Shown here one piece after another: positions 47,469 to 55,937 of a DNA stretch of 64,000 nt. Each line of letters begins with the position of its first letter. Position 1 is the stretch's first letter. The position numbers and the translations under genes were made by a program. Source of the DNA: Candidatus Latescibacterota bacterium (GTDB lineage: Bacteria; Latescibacterota; UBA2968; UBA8231); NCBI GenBank assembly GCA_965206595.1, contig OZ242214.1, forward strand, positions 2,816,001 through 2,880,000, written 5' to 3'. Below the pieces are notes generated by a model, which was not told the DNA's origin, did not search any database, and saw only the letters and a list, made by a program, of their open reading frames with translations.

Positions 47469-47756
47469 CTAACACGAGAAGGTCCTACATCTCGAGCCCT
47501 CGAAACTGCAAAAGGTGAAGGACCATATTTCCCCTACACATTTATTGCGGTAAGTACAAATCTCCCATTGGCAGTTAGAGTTTGCCACAGGGGTCTCCAG
47601 CATCGAGTCCAGAGCCGCGTACGGCCCGATGTCCGGAGTCTCCGCCTCCGTGAACGAGGTGAAGGAGAACACCCCCAAGACCGCCAAGGTGATGATGAAC
47701 GCCGCCAGCTTGAGCGGCAGGATGAGCCGCGGCAACGGCAAGATGAAATCTTTCAT
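47469..47756 (-). CDS. Secreted Cys-rich peptide precursor (95 aa, six-Cys core)
   Basis: Hydrophobic signal, acidic pro-region, core CQWEICTYRNKCVGEIWSFTFCSFEGSRCRTFSC ending in Cys. Confidence 0.75.
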   Translation of the reverse strand: MKDFILPLPRLILPLKLAAFIITLAVLGVFSFTSFTEAETPDIGPYAALDSMLETPVANSNCQWEICTYRNKCVGEIWSFTFCSFEGSRCRTFSC

Positions 47757-47881
47757 GATCTTCCTGCTTTCTCCAAAACTGAGATGGGGTTGCAAGTCTA
47801 TCTACTACTCGATTCAGTGCGCACGGGACAGAAACGAGCGCGTCGCCGTTACCATCTCCTTTCTCCTGCCCAAGTCGGTCA

Positions 47882-47923
47882 TCAATGTCGCACATTCTGA
47901 TAATCCCGCTGGTTCATGAAGTC
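47882..47923 (-). repeat. Third, more diverged copy of the cytochrome gene 3' end
   Basis: 34/42 identical to 41613-41654; reads DFMNQRDYQNVRH* versus DFVYERDYQLVSH*. Confidence 0.7.
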
Positions 47924-48214
47924 CAGTTTCCGGGGGGCCGGATCGCCGCAAGTACTGCTTCCTTCGACTCCCCCGCGACCCTGTCTCATTGTCAGGAGTA
48001 AGAAAAAAAAAGCAGTGAGTCAAGAGGTTTTTGCGAGCCGACCCACGCTCCCCATCAAAACAGGATGCCGAGCCTCGATTTTTTTTAGAGCCCCCGCCAT
48101 TGGAGGTCGATCAGCCGCTTCAGGAGCTAGGCATCGCCGCCTTGACTTGCGGATTTCGAGACTCGTAACTTACCGTAAAATCAGGTTCTTAGAGAAAAAT
48201 CCAGGGAGTGGAAA

Positions 48215-48694
48215 ATGGGACGGACGGCCAGTCTTCTGGCGGTGATGATGACGGTGTGGCTGCTGTGGTCGGGACAGTACACCTGGCTGATAGTGGGCTT
48301 CGGACTGCTCTCCTGCCTGCTGGTCGCCATTATCGCCCGCCGCATGCGCATCCTCGATTTCGAAGGCCACCCCGTTCACCTCGCGCGGCGGCTGCCGGCC
48401 TACTGTCTCTGGCTGCTCTGGGCGATCGTCCGCTCCAACCTCGACGTCGCCCGGCGCATCCTCCATCCGCGGTTGCCGGTCAGTCCCCGGATCATCCGGG
48501 TCAAGGCGAGCCAGCGCACCGATCTCGGCAAGGTCGTCTTCGCCAACTCCATCACCCTGACGCCGGGAACCCTGGCGCTCGAGGTCGAAGGGGACGAGAT
48601 CGAGGTGCACGCCCTGACCCGGGAGAGCGCCGCGGACCTCGAGTCCGGGGAAATGGACCGGCGCGTGACCTGGGTCGAGGGGGAGGAATCCTGA
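48215..48694 (+). CDS. mnhE: Na+/H+ antiporter subunit E
   Basis: IVRSNLDVA, FANSITLTPGT, VHAL. Confidence 0.92.
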   Translation: MGRTASLLAVMMTVWLLWSGQYTWLIVGFGLLSCLLVAIIARRMRILDFEGHPVHLARRLPAYCLWLLWAIVRSNLDVARRILHPRLPVSPRIIRVKASQRTDLGKVVFANSITLTPGTLALEVEGDEIEVHALTRESAADLESGEMDRRVTWVEGEES

Positions 48695-48972
48695 TGTTCG
48701 TCGCCGTTGCGGCCGCGATCATCTTCACCCTCGTGCTCGCGGTGGCGCGGGCCGTCCTCGGGCCCACGGCCTACGACCGCATCCTCGCCGTCAACATGGC
48801 GGCGACCAAGACCGTGCTCCTGATCGCCGTGGCCGGCTTTCTCACCGGCCGCCCCGACTTCCTCGACCTCGCCCTCGCCTGCGTGCTCCTCAACTTCATC
48901 GCCGCGGTCGCGGTCCTGAAATTCGTCGACCGGGGGGATTTCTCCGTCTCGGGAGAGGCCGACCATGGCTGA
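48694..48972 (+). CDS. mnhF: Na+/H+ antiporter subunit F
   Basis: GPTAYDRILAVN, FLDLAL; TGATG coupling. Confidence 0.9.
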   Translation: MFVAVAAAIIFTLVLAVARAVLGPTAYDRILAVNMAATKTVLLIAVAGFLTGRPDFLDLALACVLLNFIAAVAVLKFVDRGDFSVSGEADHG

Positions 48973-49345
48973 GGCGGTCGCCGCCGGCTGCTGGGTCCTG
49001 CTGCTGGCCGGGTCGCTGTTCTGCGCCATCGGCGGCATCGGCCTGCTGCGGCTTCCCGACTTCTTCAGCCGCGCCCACGGCGCCGGGGTCACCGACACCC
49101 TCGGGACCGGGCTGCTGATAGCCGGCATGGCGCTCTACCACGAAGGGGGCCTGCTGCTTCAATACTTCGACGGGGCCATCGCCGCAGGGGAGCTGTTCCG
49201 GGGCTCGCTGGTCACCTTCAAGCTGATCCTCATCCTCCTGATCCTGTGGCTGTCGAGCCCGACCGCCACCCACGCCATCGCCAAGGCGGCGCGCCTGTCC
49301 GGCCACGAACCGCTGCTCGACGGCGCCGGCAGGAAATCCTCGTGA
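48965..49345 (+). CDS. mnhG: Na+/H+ antiporter subunit G
   Basis: GLLRLPDFFSRAHGAGVTDTLG, SPTATHAIAKAA. Confidence 0.92.
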   Translation: MAEAVAAGCWVLLLAGSLFCAIGGIGLLRLPDFFSRAHGAGVTDTLGTGLLIAGMALYHEGGLLLQYFDGAIAAGELFRGSLVTFKLILILLILWLSSPTATHAIAKAARLSGHEPLLDGAGRKSS

Positions 49346-49890
49346 CCGAGCTGCTCAACGTCTGCCTGCTCGCCTTCATGGCGGTCGTCGCCCTCGTCGT
49401 CCTGCGCCTGCGCAACCTGTTCGCCGCGGCGATGGTGGCGAGCTTCTTCAGCCTGCTTTCGGCGGGGATGTTCGTGATTCTCGACGCCGTCGACGTCGCC
49501 TTCACCGAGGTCGCCGTCGGCGCCGGGGTGACGACCGTCATCATGCTCGGCACCCTGGTTCTGACCGGAACGGAGGAGAAGGCCGCGGCCTCCTGGTCCC
49601 CCTGGCCCCTGCTCGCGGTGCTGGCGCTGGGCGGGCTGCTGGTCTACGGCACCCTCGACATGCCGCGCTACGGCGATCCCGGCTCCGCGGTGCACACCCA
49701 CGTGGTCGGCCCCCGCTACATCGAGGAGTCCCCCGCCGAGATCGGGGTGCCGAACATGGTGACCTCGGTGCTGGCCAGCTACCGCGGCTACGACACCCTG
49801 GGGGAGACCGCGGTGATCTTCACCGCCGGCATCGGCCTGCTGCTGCTGATAGGGGCAGGTTTCCGCGGGCGCGGGAAGGAGGCCCCGTGA
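49342..49890 (+). CDS. MnhB-related subunit (DUF4040-like)
   Basis: LDAVDVAFTEVAVGAG, PNMVTSVLASYRGYDTLGE. Confidence 0.88.
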   Translation: MTELLNVCLLAFMAVVALVVLRLRNLFAAAMVASFFSLLSAGMFVILDAVDVAFTEVAVGAGVTTVIMLGTLVLTGTEEKAAASWSPWPLLAVLALGGLLVYGTLDMPRYGDPGSAVHTHVVGPRYIEESPAEIGVPNMVTSVLASYRGYDTLGETAVIFTAGIGLLLLIGAGFRGRGKEAP

Positions 49891-50324
49891 GCGACCACCT
49901 CATCCTGCGCGTCGTCGCCAAGCTGTTCATCCCCTTCATCCTGCTGTTCGCCCTCTACGTGCAGTTCCACGGCGACTTCGGGCCGGGGGGCGGCTTCCAG
50001 GCCGGGGTGATCTTCGCCGCGGCGTTTTCCCTCCACTGCCTGGTGTTCGGCATCGACCGAACCCGGTGCGCCTTTCCGCCGAACCTCGTCGAGTTCTGCG
50101 CCGCCTTCGGCATGCTCCTCTACATCGGCACCGGGGTGGCGGGAATCCTGCTCGGGGGGTCCTTCCTCGACTACAACGTCCTCGGCAGCGACCCGGTGAA
50201 GGGACAGCACCTCGGCATCCTGCTCGTCGAGCTGGGGGTCGGGATCACGGTCGCCGCGGTGATGGTGGCGCTCTTCTTCTGCTTCTGCGGCAGGTCGCCG
50301 GAAGGGAAGGACCGGGAGCAGTGA
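49887..50324 (+). CDS. mnhB: Na+/H+ antiporter subunit B
   Basis: HGDFGPGGGFQAG, VELGVGITV. Confidence 0.9.
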   Translation: MSDHLILRVVAKLFIPFILLFALYVQFHGDFGPGGGFQAGVIFAAAFSLHCLVFGIDRTRCAFPPNLVEFCAAFGMLLYIGTGVAGILLGGSFLDYNVLGSDPVKGQHLGILLVELGVGITVAAVMVALFFCFCGRSPEGKDREQ

Positions 50325-50704
50325 GCGGCTGGTCCGGCCTCTACAACTACTGGGCCGTCATCTTCCTGATGATGACCGGCCTCTACACCGTGATCTCGCG
50401 GCACAACCTCGTCAAGAAGATGATCGGGCTGACGGTTTTTCAGACCTCGGTGTTCCTGCTCTACATCACCATGGGCAAGGTCGCCGGCGGCACGGCGCCG
50501 ATTGTAGGGGCTCCAGGCGCCGCGTACGCCAACCCCCTGCCCCACGCCCTCATCCTGACCGCCATCGTCGTCGGCATCTCCACGACCGCGGTCGGACTCG
50601 CCCTGATCATCCGCATCCACCAGGCCTACGGCACCCTGGAGGAGGACGAGATCGCCGCCCTGGACCATCCCCCGACGGACGGCCGCCCCACGGATAGCAA
50701 TTGA
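50321..50704 (+). CDS. mnhC: Na+/H+ antiporter subunit C
   Basis: NLVKKMIGL, NPLPHALILTAIVVG; GTGA coupling. Confidence 0.9.
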   Translation: MSGWSGLYNYWAVIFLMMTGLYTVISRHNLVKKMIGLTVFQTSVFLLYITMGKVAGGTAPIVGAPGAAYANPLPHALILTAIVVGISTTAVGLALIIRIHQAYGTLEEDEIAALDHPPTDGRPTDSN

Positions 50705-52179
50705 TCGGCGGGCACCTCCCGATCCTGCTGATCGCGCTGCCGCTGGTCTCGGCCCCGCTCTGCGTGCTGCTGCGCAGGCGCGCCCCGGCCTGGGGACTGG
50801 CGGCCGTCGTCAGCTGGCTGACCCTGGGGATGGCCGGCGCCCTGCTCGCCGAGGTGCTCCAGTCCGGTCCGGTCAGCTACGCCCTCGGGAGCTGGAGCGC
50901 CCCCTGGGGAATCGAGTACCGCATCGACGCCGTCAACGCCTTCGTGCTCCTGCTGGTGTCGCTGATCGGCGCCGTGGTCGTCCTCGGGGCGCCGGGCAGC
51001 ATCGCCGGGGAGCTGCCCAAGGCGCGCGGCAACCTCTTCTACGCCGCCTGGCTGCTCTGCCTGACCGGCCAGCTCGGCATGGTGGCCACCGGCGACGCCT
51101 TCAACGTCTTCGTCTTCCTCGAGATCTCCTCCCTGTCGGCCTACGCCCTGGTCGGCATGGGGCCGGACCGCCGCGCCCTGTCCGCCTCGTTCCGCTACCT
51201 CGTCATGGGCACCATCGGGGGGACCTTCTTCGTCACCGGCGTCGGCCTCCTCTACATGATGACGGGGACCCTCAACATGGCCGACATGGCCGAACGCCTG
51301 CCGCCGGTCATGCACACCCGCACCGTGCTGGCCGCCTTCGCCTTTCTCAGCATCGGCCTGAGCCTCAAGCTGGCGCTGTTTCCCATGCACCTCTGGCTGC
51401 CGGACGCGTACGCGTACGCGCCGTCCGCGGTCACCGCCTTTCTCGCGGCCACCGCGACCAAGGTCGCCGTCTACGTCTTCCTGCGCTTCTTCTTCACCAT
51501 CTTCGGCGGCGACTACGCCTTCGGCACCCTCAACCTCGACTACCTGCTGATCCCCCTGGCTCTCGCCGGGGTTTTCGCCGGCTCGCTGGCCGCCCTGTTC
51601 CAGCACAACGTCAAGCGCATGCTCGCCTACTCCAGCGTCGCCCAGGTCGGCTACATGATGCTGGGGATCGGGCTGTTCTCGGTGACCGGGCTCACCGCCA
51701 CCCTCGTGCACCTGTTCAACCACGCCCTGATGAAGGGGGCGCTGTTCCTCGCCATGGGATGCGTCGCCTGGCGCATCGGATCGGTCGAGATCGAGGACCT
51801 GCGGGGCCTCGGCAAACGCATGCCGCTGACCGCGGCCGCCTTCGTCGCCGGGGGGCTGAGCCTGATCGGCGTGCCCCTGACCGCCGGCTTCATCAGCAAG
51901 TGGTACCTGGTGCTGGCGGCCCTGGAGCGCGGCATGTGGCCGGTCGCCGTGCTCGTGCTGGCCGGCTCCCTGATCGCCGTCGCCTACGTCTGGCGGGTGG
52001 TCGAGGCCGCCTATTTCCGGGAACCGGCCGGGGAGGCCGCGGTGGGGGAAGCGCCGCTGTCGATGCAGATCCCGATGTGGATCCTGGTCGCCGCCAACTT
52101 CTACTTCGGCCTGGCGACGGATACGACGGCCGGGGTCGCCGGGCAGGGAGCCCGGCTGCTGATGGGGACCGCCCCGTGA
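50701..52179 (+). CDS. mnhD: Na+/H+ antiporter subunit D family
   Basis: TGDAFNVFVFLEI, KLALFPMHLWLPDAY, KRMLAYSS, NHALMKG. Confidence 0.9.
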   Translation: MIGGHLPILLIALPLVSAPLCVLLRRRAPAWGLAAVVSWLTLGMAGALLAEVLQSGPVSYALGSWSAPWGIEYRIDAVNAFVLLLVSLIGAVVVLGAPGSIAGELPKARGNLFYAAWLLCLTGQLGMVATGDAFNVFVFLEISSLSAYALVGMGPDRRALSASFRYLVMGTIGGTFFVTGVGLLYMMTGTLNMADMAERLPPVMHTRTVLAAFAFLSIGLSLKLALFPMHLWLPDAYAYAPSAVTAFLAATATKVAVYVFLRFFFTIFGGDYAFGTLNLDYLLIPLALAGVFAGSLAALFQHNVKRMLAYSSVAQVGYMMLGIGLFSVTGLTATLVHLFNHALMKGALFLAMGCVAWRIGSVEIEDLRGLGKRMPLTAAAFVAGGLSLIGVPLTAGFISKWYLVLAALERGMWPVAVLVLAGSLIAVAYVWRVVEAAYFREPAGEAAVGEAPLSMQIPMWILVAANFYFGLATDTTAGVAGQGARLLMGTAP

Positions 52180-52261
52180 GTTCCGCCATGGTTCTGCTCG
52201 GGGTTGCGGTATCGGCCGGCGCCGAGTTCAAGAAGTCCCGGCTGCCGATTGGAGTGGTTCC

Positions 52262-53740
52262 ATGAGCCCTTCCGCCCTCATCGTCGCCGCGGTCTTCCTG
52301 CCGCTGGCCGCCTGCCCCCTGATCGCTCTCACCGGGCGCCGCCCCAACCTGCGCGAGGCGGTGACCCTGGCCGCCGGCGTCGGGACCTTCGGCGCCGTGC
52401 TGCAGCTGCTGCCGCTGGTGACCGCGGGGGAACGGCCCGGGGCAAGTCTCATGCAGGTGCTGCCCGGCATCGATCTCGCCTTCGAGGTCGAGCCGCTCGG
52501 CATGCTCTTCGCCATGGTCGCCTCCGGCCTGTGGATCGTCACCTCCTGCTACTCGATCGGGTACCTGCGCGGCCACCACGAGAGCTCCCAAACCCGCTTC
52601 TTCTTCTTTTTCGCCGTCGCCGTCGGCGCCGCCCTGGCCGTCGCCTTCGCGCGCAACCTGTTCACCCTGTTCCTCGCCTACGAGGTGCTGACGTTCTCGA
52701 CCTACCCGCTGGTGACCCACGCGCGCACCCCGGCGGCCCGGCGCGGCGGCCGCATCTATCTCGGCATCCTGCTCGGCACCTCGTTCTTCTTCCTGCTGCC
52801 GGCCATCCTCTGGACCTGGCACCTGACCGGCACCCTCGAGTTCGCGGAAGGAGGCATCCTGCAGGGGAGCAGCGGCACCGCCGTCGTCGCCCTGCTCCTC
52901 CTCTACGCCTTCGGAACCGGCAAGGCGGCGCTCATCCCCTTTCACCGCTGGCTGCCCGCGGCCATGGTCGCCCCGGCTCCGGTCAGCGCCCTGCTGCACG
53001 CGGTGGCCGTGGTCAAGGCGGGGGTCTTCACGGTGCTGAAGGTCATCCTCTACGTCTTCGGCCTCGACCTGCTGCGGGATACGTCGGCCAGCGTCTGGCT
53101 GATGTACGCGGCCGGCGCCACCGTCCTGATCGCCTCGCTGGTGGCGATGACGAAGGACAACCTCAAGGCGAGGCTCGCTTACTCAACGGTGAGCCAGCTC
53201 TCCTACATCCTGCTCGGCGGCGCCCTTGCCAGCTCCTGGGGGATCGTCGGCGGCGGCATGCACATCGCCATGCACGCCTTCGGCAAGATCACCCTCTTCT
53301 TCTGCGCCGGGGCCATCGACGTCGCCCTGCACAAGACCGAGATCAGCGACATGCGCGGCATCGGCAGGCAGATGCCGGTGACGATGTCCTGCTTCCTGGT
53401 CGGCGCCCTGAGCGTCATCGGCCTGCCCCCGATGGGAGGCTCGTGGAGCAAGTGGTACCTCGCCCTGGGGGCGGTCGAGGCCGGGCAGCTGCTGTTCCTG
53501 GCGGTGCTGATGGTCAGCACCCTGCTCAACATCGCCTACCTGATGCCGATCCCGATCCGGGCCTTCTTCCCGCGAGGAGAGGGCGCCGCGCCGGGAAGCG
53601 GGGCCGAGAACGGCGGCGGGATCCGCGAGGCCCCGGCCTTCATGCTGGCGCCGATCTGCTTCACGGCCCTGGGATGCCTCGTTCTCTTCTTCTGCGCCGG
53701 AGGCCTCTACCGGCTGCTGCTGCCGCTGGCAGGCAAGTGA
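52262..53740 (+). CDS. Na+/H+ antiporter subunit D/A family
   Basis: KAALIPFHRWLPAAM, PVSALLHAVAVVKAG, LKARLAYST, HAFGKITLF. Confidence 0.88.
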   Translation: MSPSALIVAAVFLPLAACPLIALTGRRPNLREAVTLAAGVGTFGAVLQLLPLVTAGERPGASLMQVLPGIDLAFEVEPLGMLFAMVASGLWIVTSCYSIGYLRGHHESSQTRFFFFFAVAVGAALAVAFARNLFTLFLAYEVLTFSTYPLVTHARTPAARRGGRIYLGILLGTSFFFLLPAILWTWHLTGTLEFAEGGILQGSSGTAVVALLLLYAFGTGKAALIPFHRWLPAAMVAPAPVSALLHAVAVVKAGVFTVLKVILYVFGLDLLRDTSASVWLMYAAGATVLIASLVAMTKDNLKARLAYSTVSQLSYILLGGALASSWGIVGGGMHIAMHAFGKITLFFCAGAIDVALHKTEISDMRGIGRQMPVTMSCFLVGALSVIGLPPMGGSWSKWYLALGAVEAGQLLFLAVLMVSTLLNIAYLMPIPIRAFFPRGEGAAPGSGAENGGGIREAPAFMLAPICFTALGCLVLFFCAGGLYRLLLPLAGK

Positions 53741-53762
53741 CGCGGGCAGCGGCGAGGCGACC

Positions 53763-54143
53763 ATGAACCGACCGACCGACAGCCGCCCGGGCTGGATCGA
53801 AAGACCGGGCAGCACCGGCAAGCTCTACCGCCTGCTGCTGGTTTTCTGCGGCCTGCTCCTGGCAGCCGACCTCCTCGATGTCCTCGGGATCTTCCACAAG
53901 CACGTCCATCACGACGCGGAGGGCTGGCTCGGCTTCTACAGCCTTTTCGGGTTCGCCGCCTACGCCTTCATCGTCGGCGCCGGTTGGGTCTGGCGCGCGC
54001 TCGTGGGACGCGGCCCCGACTACTACGACGGGGTTTCCTCCGCAGGAACCGAAGGAGAGGAGGATTCCTCTTCCGATGGGCAATCCAGCGATGCGGACTC
54101 ACTTTGCGAGGACTCGTCTCGCGATGAGGGTTCATCAAGATGA
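53763..54143 (+). CDS. Small membrane protein of the mrp operon, with acidic tail
   Basis: Two hydrophobic segments, FYSLFGF...RGPDYYD; ATGA coupled to the next gene. Confidence 0.7.
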   Translation: MNRPTDSRPGWIERPGSTGKLYRLLLVFCGLLLAADLLDVLGIFHKHVHHDAEGWLGFYSLFGFAAYAFIVGAGWVWRALVGRGPDYYDGVSSAGTEGEEDSSSDGQSSDADSLCEDSSRDEGSSR

Positions 54144-55918
54144 GCAGGCCCGTCCGCATCCTCCTGGCGCTGGCCGCCCTGGCGCCGCTGGCGGCGATCC
54201 CCGCTTCCGGCGCGGACCTGACTCCGGGGACGATCATGATCCTCGGGGCGCCCCTGCTCGCGGTGCTGAGGGGACGGTTGCAGCAGCTCTGGCTGATCGC
54301 CCTGCCGGTCCTGAGCTGCGCCCACCTGTTCGCTCTCGACCCGGGCTCCTTCGGGCAGCTCGCCCTCTTCGACTACAGCCTGACCGTCGCCCGGGTAGAC
54401 AAGCTCAGCCTCGCCTTCGGGTACATCTTCAGCATGGCGGCCGTCATCGCGGCGATCTACGCCCTCCACGTCAGGGACAGCCTGCAGCACACCTGCGGCG
54501 CCGTCTACATCGGCGCGGCCATCGGCGCGGTGTTCGCCGGCGACCTGCTCACCCTCTTCGTCTACTGGGAGCTCGCCTCGGTCGCCTCCGTCTTCCTGGT
54601 CTGGGCCGGCGGCAGCGAGCGCGCCTTCCGCGCCGGCATGCGCTACCTCGTCGTCCAGGTAGGCTCCGGGGTGCTGCTGCTTTCCGGCCTGCTCGTCCGC
54701 TACGACGCCACCGGCTCGCTCGCCTTCGACCACCTCGGCGACCCGGGACTCGACAACCTCGGCGGCACCCTGATCTTCCTCGCCTTCGGCATCAAGTGCG
54801 CCTTCCCGTTCCTGCACAACTGGCTGCAGGACGCCTACCCCGAGGCCTCGGTCACCGGCACCGTAATCCTCAGCGCCTTCACCACCAAGCTCGCGGTGTA
54901 CAGCCTCGCCCGCGGCTTCGCCGGCGTGGAGATCCTGGTGCCGATCGGGACCGCGATGACGGTGTTCCCGGTCTTCTTCGCCGTCATCGAGAACGACCTG
55001 CGCCGGGTGCTGGCGTACAGCCTCAACAACCAGCTCGGGTTCATGGTCGTCGGCATCGGCATCGGCACCGAGCTGGCCCTGAACGGGGCGGTCTCCCACG
55101 CCTTCGTCCACATCATCTACAAGGCGCTGCTGTTCATGTCGGTGGGAGCCGTGCTCTACCGGGCGGGCACGGCGAAGGCGTCCGAACTCGGCATGCTCTA
55201 CAAGTCGATGCCCTGGACCGCGTTCTTCTGCCTCATCGGGGCCGCCTCGATCTCGGCCTTTCCCCTGTTCAGCGGATTCGTCACCAAGTCGATGACCCTG
55301 GGCGCCGCGGCACAGGAGGGCTGGACAGTCTGCTGGTTCCTGCTGCTCTTCGCCTCCGCGGGGGTGCTCCACCACTCGGGGATCAAGATCCCCTTCTACG
55401 GCTTCTTCGGCCTCCGCGACTCCGGGATCCGCTGCCGGGAAGCCCCCTTCAACATGCTGCTGGCGATGGGGATCGCCGCCTTTCTGTGCGTCGCCATCGG
55501 CGTCTACCCGCAGCCCCTCTACGACATCCTGCCGCACGACATCGGCGAGTTCCATGCCTACACGACAAGCCACGTGATCACGCAGCTGCAGCTGCTCTTC
55601 TTCGCCATGCTCGCCTTCGCCTTCCTGGCGCGGCGACACCTCGAGACGCCGGAGCTGCCGTCGGTCAACCTCGATTTCGACTGGGTCTACCGGAAGCTGC
55701 TTCCCGGGGCGGTGCGGTCGCTGGCAGGGGTCTTCGTGCCGGTGCGGGACCGCCTACGCGACAACGCCGCGGCCACCGTCCTGGAGCTCGCCGGTTTCCT
55801 TCAGAAGCACCACGGCCCGGCCGGCATCCTCGGCCGCACCTCGCTTACGAGCGTCTCGGTCCTCATCGTCGGGCTGCTGCTGGCGCTGTCGCTGATTCTC
55901 TATTTCGCGGGTTCGTAG
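54140..55918 (+). CDS. Na+/H+ antiporter subunit D family
   Basis: AGDLLTLFVYWE, LHNWLQDAYPEAS, LRRVLAYS, HIIYKALLFM. Confidence 0.9.
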   Translation: MSRPVRILLALAALAPLAAIPASGADLTPGTIMILGAPLLAVLRGRLQQLWLIALPVLSCAHLFALDPGSFGQLALFDYSLTVARVDKLSLAFGYIFSMAAVIAAIYALHVRDSLQHTCGAVYIGAAIGAVFAGDLLTLFVYWELASVASVFLVWAGGSERAFRAGMRYLVVQVGSGVLLLSGLLVRYDATGSLAFDHLGDPGLDNLGGTLIFLAFGIKCAFPFLHNWLQDAYPEASVTGTVILSAFTTKLAVYSLARGFAGVEILVPIGTAMTVFPVFFAVIENDLRRVLAYSLNNQLGFMVVGIGIGTELALNGAVSHAFVHIIYKALLFMSVGAVLYRAGTAKASELGMLYKSMPWTAFFCLIGAASISAFPLFSGFVTKSMTLGAAAQEGWTVCWFLLLFASAGVLHHSGIKIPFYGFFGLRDSGIRCREAPFNMLLAMGIAAFLCVAIGVYPQPLYDILPHDIGEFHAYTTSHVITQLQLLFFAMLAFAFLARRHLETPELPSVNLDFDWVYRKLLPGAVRSLAGVFVPVRDRLRDNAAATVLELAGFLQKHHGPAGILGRTSLTSVSVLIVGLLLALSLILYFAGS

Positions 55919-55937
55919 AATGGGTTGCGCCGCAGGT

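Noticed and set aside
41613-47923. Repeats as integron attC sites or DGR template/variable repeats
   Set aside because: They are coding gene ends without attC palindromy, mismatches are not adenine-specific, and no integrase or reverse transcriptase is in the window.
48215-55918. mrp operon order EFG-B'-B-C-D-D-x-D as a novelty
   Set aside because: Mrp operons without a fused MrpA and with several D-like subunits are an already described arrangement.
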